Assembly: GCF_003704095.1 (NCBI RefSeq)
Contig: NW_020846770.1
Span: 186,001-250,000, forward strand
Reading direction: 5' to 3'
DNA from: Pocillopora damicornis
Lineage: Eukaryota
Length of the DNA: 64,000 bases
Shown one piece after another: positions 12,947-40,427 of the stretch. The notes below the pieces were generated by a model. That model had not been told where the DNA came from. It worked only from the letters and a program-made list of their open reading frames with translations, and did not search any database. A program made the translations under genes and the position numbers. The first letter of the stretch is position 1, and every line of letters starts with the position of its first letter.

Positions 12947-14474
12947 TTCACTTACCTTGCCCATAGGCTCACATAGACCGATCATGTACATCAATTACAG
13001 TACTGAGCTTTTATTTGCATGCCCCTCTTCTATTTTCTTGATTAAATATAATTTTTGCATTAAAAGAAGGGGGAAAGTGTGGCGGATATGCCTGTAGATT
13101 AGTACTTACGAAGTATTTTCCATTTCCATGCGACGCCGGCCCTAGAATTCGATAGCTCTAATGCGACTGTGGTTTTAAAACCTTTGCTTTGTTCGTCAAT
13201 GTTCGGCCGGCGGCTGGCGCTCCTGTAAGTCGAAATTACACTGCAGATGAAAACGTTTCAGTGCTGTTCTGTACTGAGCAGAGAAATATCTATTCCAGTA
13301 GGGAAATAGTGTTAACACGGAATCACTCCTTCACTGATTCCTTCAATCGCTAATGATGAAGACCAGATACTGGTGTTTCCTCTTTTAAAGTGCAAATCTT
13401 TCGATAGAAGCTAGGAGGAGAGCGACCAAAAAAATAAAAATTCGTCACTAATAACATCAAAGCAGTGACTCTGCGCTTACAGAGGTAAAACGAATTATTG
13501 GACGTCGAGAGAACGAAGAAATATCGACAGACAACACAGTAAATTAAGTTCTTGTAAATTTAGTGCTTGACGGCCAATCTGATCCGTTTCTTAAATTCAC
13601 AACAAAGGGGAATAATAAGTTTGTAAATGAGAGTGATTTCACCTGCTTATTCCCCAACATTGGATTTCACGTTTTCTGAAGAATATCGGTCTTATTCAGA
13701 CACTCGGATATTTTAAAGAATCTTAGGACAGAGTCCACGACTATAAATGATCTACACGATCTAGCGATGCACAATTAACCAATGAAATGAAGTGCGTCAC
13801 TGACAAACTGTCACTGATTTGTTTGAATTTTATCCAGCCGTGATTATTGTTAGCTGTTTGATGGCACATGTCTTACCATGCTTGCCTGATGCTTTAGAAC
13901 AAAGACTAATGAATGTGAAATTTGTTTTTTTTCCGAGACGAACGTACTATGTGATACAAGAGGCACAAATTCATTTTTTATGTGGACGGCGAAGCTTGCC
14001 GCCAAGCTTCTCGCGGCTTTGGCTACTCGTTTCACCGCTCCTCCTATCTCAAGAAAGCCGCCATCTCTGCATGTTGAATACCTAAGTTTTAAGGTTGATT
14101 CACCCACCAATTCGTAAAATGGAAAATTTCACATCTGAGCAACATGACAAACTTAAAATATCACGCTCCAGGGGGTCACTTGAAGGGCTGCGATCAGGTA
14201 TAATTACAGAGCGCAGGGCCACTTGTTTTCATCTCATTGAATCACAAAACATCCTTTTGTGTTCCGTATGGTGGATGCTCGAGCGATCATTCAAGGGCTA
14301 GGAACGAGTGTTGTCAGTCACGCTCTCCCTGGCCATTGGCCCACAGATCTTATTATGTTTGCTGTCTCCAGTGCGGTCTTTATGCAATATTTGCGGGAAC
14401 GCAGCGCGAAATACTCCTCGTAGTCAGATGACCAAACGCTTCATTTGTTAACCTGCTTTCGCATGTGTTGGAAA

Positions 14475-16241
14475 ATGGAGCATTCTAGAGCAAGGTAAAT
14501 GTGGTCTAGTATCGAAAAAAGAGAGACCACGGTGTTGTAATAATGACGCCATGGCTTCTCCCTGGTAATAATGGGTAAAATTTCAAAAAGATGCTTTCGA
14601 GTGCACTATTCGAGTGTAAGTAGCCGCGAGTGAATTTTTCAGAGACGACAGATGAGCTCGTTTAACTTGAAGTCTTGAAAAACTGACAAGTGCTTATTTA
14701 CACCAAGTCAAACGAGAAATCATGTCGTTACTTATTTACAATTTGCATGAAAAAGGCATCACAGAAAAACAAGACAGACGAAATTTGGACATCGTACGCG
14801 CTAATTGTAATTTGCACTCGTGTTTATACAGCTTTGTGTATCATGACTCTGAGGCTAAATGCTCCGCTGCCGGGCACGATCTCAAAATAAATTAAATTCT
14901 CGGCAGTCAGAAATTTTCATAGAATTTCCACTAGAACGTTCCTGTAATCTTCTTAAGAATAGCACACATTAGTTAAAAAAAGAATGTCAAGCGTTTTCAT
15001 AAATTATTTTTCTTTATTGTTAGACAAATTCTCCCAGCTTGTGCATCGCTCGGTTGTCGCCACTTAGAAATTTTACACTTCTGGTCAGACTGCCGAGCAC
15101 GGACTCAAATGGACTAAATGCCCTGCAGTTATAAATTGAAATATTCACAGAAATGGAATAGTGAATGAATCGATAATTAATATTATTATCTTGATTTCAC
15201 CATGATCTCTGACAGAGATAAGTGATAAGAAGTGTAAACAATCTGTCAGTCTTATTTCTGCTATCACTGATCAGAAGTTCTTTTAAATTTTCCAGGTCAC
15301 TAAAAATACCTGCTCAACTGCGTAAGAAACATGCACTTGCTGTTGCTACAGTTCCAGTGATGCTCCTTATCATCTACTACGTTTTTAATGCATTACAGGA
15401 TGATAAAAAAATGCTATTTAATCAAGTTACTCAGCATGAGAATATGAAAAAAGGAAATCCTACTTTCAACTTGGAAAGGAATCTACTATTGGTGAGTTAT
15501 AACTTATGGTGCACACTATGGCATTCTCATGGTGTTGAGGAAAGAATTGAAAGTCTTGTTGAGGGAATAAAGGATTTTGACATTGCTCTGATTCAGGAGG
15601 CATACATCTGGAATTTTGGAGTGGCTGTGTTCAAAAAATGTGCGTCACTCCTTGTTGTGGAAATGGAGAAACATGGATTTCACTTTAGAACATCCATCTT
15701 AGATTTTGTCCCCCCCTTTGGACAGAGTGGAGGTGTTGTTATATTTAGTCGTATACCATTAGTAAGAACAATTTCAAAACAATACAACTCCTCAATCTTC
15801 CAATATTTGGTCTATAGAGGTTTTGTAGTTGGAGAGTTCTTCATCAACTCCAAGCCCCTACATGTCATCAACACCCATTTAAATCCTACAGGAGTTGATT
15901 CTCGGGTTCAACAAGCAAAAGAATTGGCCAGGGCCATGAAAGACTTCAATCTGAATTCACACTTTGTTGTGGCTGGAGACTTTAACATTGATAACAATTA
16001 CCCCACAACTAGTAACAGTAGTACGGAATTTAGAAAACTTCTAGAAACAATGAGTGAAACAGGCCTCCACTCTGTTTTTCCAGTACGAATGGAGACTAAT
16101 ATTGATGGTGGTAACTATGATGCAATGTTCATTAGTTCTAATGTTGCTGTGGTGAGAAAAGAGATCATTAAGCTGGTAACCAAAAAGAACAAATTTGTCT
16201 CAGACCATTTTGGCCTTGTAGTTGAACTAAAACTCTGGTAA
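14475..16241 (+). CDS. EEP family protein, sphingomyelinase-like, type II membrane paralogue; probable exons 14475-14494 and 15296-16241
   Basis: Motifs SYNLW, IQEAY, NTHLNP, AGDFNID, YDAMF, SDHFG and TM segment ALAVATVPVMLLIIYYVF. Acceptor ttttccag at 15295 is phase 2 and matches candidate exon 1 ATG GAG CAT TCT AGA GCA AG|gtaaat (inferred). Confidence 0.85.
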
Positions 16242-16320
16242 CATACTTGCACAGTAAGCTTCAATACAGTGTAATTAGTCAGCTGGTACAATACTATTTA
16301 AGATACTCCTCATTTATTTA

Positions 16321-16555
16321 TATATCTGAAGGTTGAACTAACCAATAAGACATAACTTTTCTGTGACTCTGAGTTTCATGCTTACGCAATCATCAGACAG
16401 ATTTTAATGATTAAGATCAGTCTGATGATCGTTTAAGCGTCAAACTCAGAGTCGCAGAAAAGTTATGTCTTTACTGATTACTTGAACCTTCAGATATACC
16501 ACGCTCTGCGAACACATCGAGCACTGTACGGCAAGGATAGACTATAATCAAGATT
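16321..16555. mobile_element. Penelope-like inverted pseudo-LTR insertion in a TA-rich site
   Basis: Imperfect inverted arms about 16321-16398 and 16420-16498, plus an unpaired tail ending at a (TA)n run. Both arms carry hammerhead cores. Confidence 0.65.
16360..16401 (-). ncRNA. Type I hammerhead ribozyme (putative, complete fold)
   Basis: UCUGU-CUGAUGA-U-UGC-GUAA-GCA-U-GAAA-CUC-A-GAG-UC^ACAGA. Stem I is 5 bp, stem II has a GNRA loop, stem III is ACUC/GAGU and the cleavage triplet is GUC. The 10.1-11.1 position is a non-canonical U.U. Confidence 0.7.
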
Positions 16556-16727
16556 TTATATATATATATATATTCTATTCTGGCAAATGCTATTTCTTTT
16601 TCAATCTCGTTTCCTCAAGAGTGTCAGGTTTACTCATTGCAGCTGCCACTTTTATTTGTTATTTGTTAAACTTGAGTCAGTTGCTGGTTCACTGAGAAAA
16701 AGAATCAGTTGTATTTTTGCATTATTA

Positions 16728-16802
16728 TGAAGCAGGCTTCTACTATGTTTTTCCAGTACCAATGGAGACTAATATTGATGGTGGTAAGTATGATGCAAAT
16801 GT
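16728..16802 (+). repeat. Local duplication of an EEP coding fragment (copy of about 16055-16128)
   Basis: tgtttttccagtac(c/g)aatggagactaatattgatggtggtaa(g/c)tatgatgcaa occurs at both positions. Confidence 0.85.
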
Positions 16803-17293
16803 GGTTTATATGATGCATTCTTACTTAAATTTTAGACTGGAATCTTTGTAAACACATGCTCTCATTCTTGATACTTGGCATCCACATGGTTTCTTTTCTA
16901 TGTTTCAAATTAGTCTTCTGTAAGTTAGAAGGCTAGAGCTGTAAAAAGTTTGACACCTTAAATAAGTTACATGTCAATGTAAGTGTAGGTGATTGTATGT
17001 GTATTTGTGGGCTGATCATAAAAACACATGGCAAAACAGTTAATATATGTAATATTTTAATGGCAAAGAGTTTCTTTGAAAGCAATTTCCAATTAACCAT
17101 CTGCACCAGCAATCAATGAATTTGAATAAGTTTCCTTTGAGACTTTGAATATTCTGTGACACGAGATTACTGATGGCTTATGAGAGAATTTCACAAAAGG
17201 GTATCTAATTATTCTACTTGAGAATTGCACAGACAAGCACATCCAGATGGGCATTTGCTGAAGCATTCAGGTAAAAAGTGCACTGGTGCAGAG

Positions 17294-20200
17294 TTAGTGC
17301 CTGTCACCTTTTTTACCAGCCACCTGACAAGAATAAATAATTAAAAACAAATTACTTTTATTGATTATTACAATATAATTGTTAAAACAAACATTTAGAT
17401 AAATATGTGACAAATTAATAACAGTAAAATAAACAAAAACAGTAGTAAATTAAGTAAAATAACAATAAAATGGACAAAGTAACCAATCTTTGTTAACAAT
17501 GTAACTGGAGGTTTCTTACCCTTTTAAATTCCTCCATATTGGTTGAATCCAGAGGGCTGCCAATAAATCCAATATACTCCACAACAGTTGTTTCTTCATT
17601 GCCTTGGTTGTTTTGAAAAAATAACTGCAGAAAACACAAATATTGAATAAATACTATCACAAATAATTCATTGTTTTACTGTGTGAATAAACTGAGGCAA
17701 CAGCCAAAGAATTGTTGTTTCTCTCATGCCAATTGATCTACAGGCTTAGTCAGTCACGACAAGTTGTCAGGACAAATAGCTGCAGAATACACACCTATAA
17801 TTTTTTCTCTAGTCCATAACTATACCAAAAAAAACCTGGCAAAGGACTGGGTTGTTACAGAACTGTTACAGATGACTTTCCCAAAAAAACTTATATGAAA
17901 AATGAATAATTATGCAATGTGTCAGTGTTCAGAGGATAAACAGACTACTAGTGAGAGCAAAAGAAAGACTGTAAAGAACACAGCTTGTATCAGTACTTCA
18001 GCTTATCAAATTTCCTTGGCTAAGGTGAAAGGGTTAGAAAAACAAACTGGTAAATTTAACATGTATAATCCCTCTTTTCAAGATTTAAGGAACATGAAGT
18101 AATAAAAAAGAATTCAATTTAACTAACCGTAAGGCTTTGGACATTTTGAAATTTGACAAACTTCAGTGGAATGATTGCATCCTCTGTTAAATCTTCTGGT
18201 GTTAACCTATTTAACATGGAGTGGTTAATATGGCAATACAGTACATAGCTAAACAAGACTAATTATCACAGCTACTGCTATGAGCTTATCCCAGTTTCTG
18301 TGACATGAAGTGACACGAGTATTGTGACTACTCCTGGATGGGTGCAAGTGGTAACATCCAAATTCTATACCAGATACATGTAGTTCCCAGCAGGTTTTTA
18401 AATTTACATTTTAATTTGCCAGTAAACATTTACACCACGGATGCCAGAGTTAAGTGGTTCTTTTTTTTTTTTTTTTAAGAACACAAATGGGGTAAGCCAT
18501 ATAGGACTGAAACACCTCAAGTTTGTGATTAGGGTTTGCTTGTGATGACCATAAAGGCTGCTGTATATATCTTGTGTTACTTTTACTGGTACAGACAAGG
18601 AAATTATCGAAAATAAAGATGAAGGCTAACTAAGAAGCCACTTGTTCTTATTTGGAACAAATTCAATTGAAATGTCAATAGTTCACTTTGCATCTTAATG
18701 TTTTTGGAAGAGAAGTCAGAACAATATGGCATACTCAAGAGTTTGCAGTGCTTCAAAGCTCTCTGCTGAGTCAAAATCCATGCTTTTTGTGTGGTTAATG
18801 AACAACTTGACTGTCTTTGGTCCTCTACCTGCAGTGAGTGAAAGAGAAAATAAATCAGAAACATTTTATAATAAAATCTAGTAGGTTGAAATGTATTAAC
18901 AAGAACTGGAAGGTTACTGACCCTGCTGTCAGCACCAGAAAATGACCCTTTTTTGATTGACACTTACCATTTCCTGGTCCTTGAATCTTGAGTGAGTGTA
19001 GCTTGATAGTCTGATTGAAAGCTATCGTTATAAGTAACTAAAAAGACAATTGTAGAAATCCTCCATTACTGATCATTATCATAACTCAAACAAGGAACAT
19101 TGTGGCTTGATGAACTTTACAATTCATTGCAGTTATGAGTGTTTTGAGAAAATGCAGTCAGTGGTCAGAGCCACAAATTCTTAGTCTGGAAGGTGTAGCT
19201 AGTGTAAGTGTGGATGACAGCCTGGGTATGAGACAACCTGGTTGGGTTCAACACATTTAATTTTGTTCTTGGGTAGGAAACATTACTTTCTCTGTGCTTC
19301 TCTCCAAAAAGGGATATAGATAAGACTGAAAAACACGTTGAATGTATGGCTGGTATTACTCATGATTAATTAGCTCCCCATCTACAAGGAGTCCAGTTCT
19401 TGAGTCACAAAATAATGCTTTGTTTTATGGGCAACAAGAGTATTTAAGCTTTGGACTTACAGCTCATCAGATCAATACGTTATTTAGAATTTCCAAACAG
19501 CTATCCTCAATTTCAAAATGAGCCCCAGTGCAAAACTTTTCAAGTGAGAGTGAGTTTTGTTTGCATCATAGTAATCATTAATTTTGAATTCATATCAAAG
19601 GCTTCATGGCCTTGACTTCATTTTAAAACAAAGGCATAAGGTACCTTTGAAATGGTCTATTCAAGTACAGCTATTAACAGGAGTAGATTGTGTTCCTCAG
19701 CACAGACTACATGTTAATGGTGAATTAGATTGTTTTGCAGTTTATGTACCTGTTCATCACAGTCACTTTCTAAGAAGTCAGGTCCCTTTGCCAGAGCAGC
19801 TGACAGATGGTGGTCATCACTTTCATTTAAACATTCACATCCACTCTTGTTAATAAATATTCCTAAATCCATCTGAAACATTAGTATTGATATCATAATT
19901 AATACTTAAAATGGATCCAATAAAAGGTAATTTTTGTCAGTTGTGATCTATGCAAAAATATCCCTCATTAAATAATATAATCAGCCCTAGTGCTTCTTGT
20001 GTCTTCCAACTTAATGCTGTTACATACAATACATTTAAAGCACAATTCACAAGGGGTGTTGTGAGCTCTGCACAATCTTTGAGATCTACATTTATTTTAT
20101 TGTGTAAGCCTGCGATTTTCTGGTAATTTCTAATAGAAGGTACCTTTAAAATAATTATACCTACCAGTATGCTCAAATATAGTTGTACAAAGTTAAGTGA

Positions 20201-23200
20201 TTGTGATTACTTCAAAATTGTAAAGATTGTATGAGACTTTCATTAAATCATGAAAATTGTATGATACTCTTGATTTCATGCAAATATGTAAACCATTTGC
20301 TACCTTTCACATAAAAAACTTGGAATGCGTTTAACTTTGCATGTTGTTTGTGCACAACATTCTTCATATTAATTTTCCTAAGTCTGCAGTTTCATTTAAA
20401 TGTCAGCTGTGTACATGTACAATCAATTTTTTAAGAACTCCATGACTTACATATCCCTTAACTCCAGCCTCACTATCACTATCTCCAATCCATTGAATTA
20501 TTTTTTCCTCCAGTTTCTTAGGATCAGCTCCTGACATTTCATCCACCTTCACTTTGCCCTTAAAAAACTGGAATGTGGGCATGGAAGTCACCTTGAGCCT
20601 GGCTGCTATGTCCTACAAAAATTCATTAAAAAGATACCAAAAGATGGTAAATATACATACATACATACATACATACATGCATGCATGCATACATACATAC
20701 ATACATACATACATACATACATACATACTTTATTTGCAGGTTGTAAAATAACAACAAAATGCTGATGTGGACCTGCTATATAATAGTATAGAATACAAAA
20801 AATATGTAACAATTAAGTGTGAAAAATTTAAGACAGTATAACAATAATAAAAGAAAGACATTTCAAACATTATTATTTCAAACTAACATAAAAAATATAT
20901 GAATGCATTCATGTTGTTGTTGGTTGCTGTTGAATTGGTACCAAATGAAATTTTCAACTCTATCAAAAAAGAAAAAAATAGTCCTTTTGCCACAGATGTG
21001 GAACAAAGAAGAAATCTGAATCCCTGAAATATTTGGATTTTGTAATCATGTATACAGCAGTCTATCACTGATCTAGATGTGTACTGTGATTTAAACTGGT
21101 GTGGCAGCAAGGGAAGTGAATAGCAAAAAAGAAACACCAGTAATGGCATTAAGCAGAGCAAGTGCTGGCTCTCAGCCTGAAGCACCTTCTGCAATCTGTG
21201 TACCCACTGTGACAGACTGTTACAAGTGAGGATTGGACTTAACAGCCATCACCCAATGAAACATGAGGTTGTGGTTGTCATCAAATGCTCTAGGGAGAGT
21301 GAGAGTTTTTCACTAACCCATAATTGAAATTATCACAAATTACATCAATTGAGACAAGAGCCTTCAAGCATCCAGTAATAATTCTAAAAAAACAACTTTG
21401 CTTTGATTTGTTTGTTTTGTATTAATGACATTATGTATGTCAAAAGTTTACTTACATCACATTTGTCCACATCAACTTTCAAAAAAACTGCTGCTGTATA
21501 CTTAGTACTATAATTTGAAAAAGTTGGAGCAATTGATTTACAAGGGCCACACCTGAAACAAAGAAAACAAATACCATGTAGCTTTAGGTTAAATATTGGT
21601 AAAATTCTTAGGGTTACTTACTTCTAATGAAGTAAAGCAGATAATGAGCAAGCATCCAGATTGCGGTGAAGGGATTTGTTTAATTCACCTTTTGGGCTTT
21701 AGATTTCACGTGTAGTATCACGTGATTTTTTATGTAAACAAACCCCGAAAGTTCGGACATTGAGTCGAGCTTGCAGCATATGTATCCAAACTTCAGCTTT
21801 GGAAATTTTTCTTAAATAATGTCCCACTTTCAAGAAGCGTGTCTTCGCTCAAAGAATCGCAGTTAGACAAAAGGAGAGAAGGCAAAGGTGGATAAGGTTG
21901 TGTCATCGAGCTGTCCTTCAGGCACACAAACAAGTCACCTCGATGACATAACCTTATCCACCTTTGCCTTCTCTCCTTTTGTCCAACTGCCCCCGGAAAA
22001 TGAAAAAACTTGACTGGGTCACTGTTAGCGTTTCTTACCCAGCAGTTGAGGTATCGTGAATTGTTTTTAAGGTGCCATAAGCTCATCTCTTTGTAGTAAC
22101 CATTATGTTTAGGTATACACTTACTAAACAACTTCAATCATACACGTTCGTAGCGTTGAAATCGGTTTTATTTTGGGAATCAAGGTTTCCTCACGTTCTA
22201 CAGCGATTCGTGGGCACTAATTTCCTGTTGGACGGGGATTTATCCAACAATCTAATATTAAACACCCTGAAAATACCAATCAGATACATCACTGTACGCA
22301 GAACTAGTTTGATTATTCCATGCCAGAACACTTCCTGTAACATTCTTCGCATCTGCTTCAACGGCAGCGAAATGACAACTTGCTTAATAAACGATCAAAT
22401 AAATGACAAAAGAAAGATGTCAATTTTGAGCAAAGACACGCTTCTTGAAAGTGGGAAGTTATTTAAGAAAAATTTCCAAAGCTGCAGTTTGGATACATGT
22501 GCTGCAAGCTCGACTCGATGTCCGAACTTTCGGGGTTTTTTTACATCAAAAATCACATGATACTACACGTGAAATATAAAGCCCAAAAGGTGAATTAAGA
22601 GACAAGAAATCAAGGATTTGGATTTTAGGGACCACACACATGTAGAAGCAACATGTAACTAGAATTGCAGTTAATCAGACCTACTATAGAGAAATATTTT
22701 CATTTTGCTGTCATAAACAATACTATGCTGCACTACTTTTTGTATGTATTTTGTAACTATGTCTGCAATATGCATTATTCTTCATATTTAGAATATTTGC
22801 TTCTTTTTTCAGTTATTTCATGGTTACATATGGTTACATACATTTACATGTAAATCTAAACAGAGGAATGAAATATATTTCACCCTTTCACTCCTATGAT
22901 CTAATCAGTAATTCCCCTTACTATCTGCCATATCATTCTCATAATGTTAGCTAGGAGAATTTGGTATTGGACCAACAAATAATCCTCGGATTATAATTTT
23001 TCTCTATTCTCATTGCTTGTCCACTGAACATTATATTGATATTGCAAGGAGAAATTGTGTCTTAGTCACTCATGGGAGTTAAAGGATTAGTCGATTAGCA
23101 CAAAGTGCTCACTTGCAAGTTGTAGACACTAAACTATAGCACTTCATTAGAATACAGAGCTTTGAACAACTCTTCCTTGAAAGTTTCTAGCGGTTATTCG

Positions 23201-23676
23201 CAATAATTGAGCTGGCTTGAAAATATATTCGGGCAAAGGAAGAAGTTGTTGAAAGACATTACAACTTTAAGGAACTTTATCTTTAGCAACTGCTGAGTCA
23301 TGACCCACCGGCTTGTCTTGCCGAATTTGTGTAAGTATGATAATATGACAAAAAAAACATCGGCTACAAAGAGGTCAATTTCACTTCCTTATTTGCGCTT
23401 GCTCACAAAACGTAATGAATATCCAAACAGGCCAGTCGGTAGCAAACTCATTTTGTCAATTGTTAAGACAAAACATTTTTGCATATCCGGGCCATGCACA
23501 CTGACACTTCCTCAAGAATCCAACCCTTCTCTTTGGGAGCGATTCACAGTTATGCAATTTTCTACTTACCAAGATGCTGTAAAGTCTACAACTACCAGTT
23601 TGGCGCCAGCTTTCGCCATTTCCGACTGAAAATGGCCGTCATTTTCTATAACTATTACATTGTCCGATGCCGCCAT
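17294..23676 (-). CDS. TXNL1: Thioredoxin-like protein 1 (Trx domain + PITH domain), 9 exons
   Basis: Exons 23676-23570, 21552-21456, 20612-20451, 19872-19750, 19037-18968, 18828-18735, 18206-18128, 17624-17520, 17323-17294, all GT-AG and in frame. WCGPC active site, [25 protein letters not shown], ending [12 protein letters not shown]. Confidence 0.96.
20654..20728. repeat. (ATAC)n microsatellite in a TXNL1 intron
   Basis: Tetranucleotide run with a short ATGC interruption. Confidence 0.95.
21680..22598. mobile_element. Non-autonomous DNA transposon with about 170-bp terminal inverted repeats and a decayed THAP domain, in TXNL1 intron 1
   Basis: TIRs about 21680-21853 and 22425-22598 (ttaattcaccttttgggcttta...taaagcccaaaaggtgaattaa). 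Internal minus-strand remnant MVTTKR*AYGT...NSRY...VKFFHFPG...[13 protein letters not shown] resembles a THAP zinc finger. Confidence 0.85.
22879..23090. mobile_element. About 210-bp MITE (CCCTT...AAGGG family), diverged copy
   Basis: Similar to 31264-31475: caccctttcactcc at the left end and gggagttaaagga at the right. Confidence 0.65.
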
Positions 23677-23786
23677 CTTGACCGAGGAGAAACTTCTTTG
23701 GCTGAGAAGGACTAAAATCGATTTTGAAGTATACCGCTGAGCAAGATTAATGTAGGCGCGCGGAATGTTGACAAGCAAGAACCAAG
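23670..23786. promoter_or_regulatory. Bidirectional promoter/5' UTR region shared by TXNL1 and WDR7
   Basis: Start codons at 23676 (-) and 23787 (+) are 110 bp apart. A YY1-type CCGCCATCTT overlaps the TXNL1 ATG. Confidence 0.75.

Positions 23787-40427
<16,641 letters not shown>

Noticed and set aside
12950-12994. Candidate first exon for the minus-strand EEP gene (ATGGGCAAG|gtaagt)
   Set aside because: The donor is phase 0, while the acceptor at 11230 needs phase 2.
15222-15295. N-terminal extension of the 339-aa EEP ORF
   Set aside because: It starts at a GTG and ends in a pyrimidine-rich acceptor, so it is most likely intron that happens to be open.
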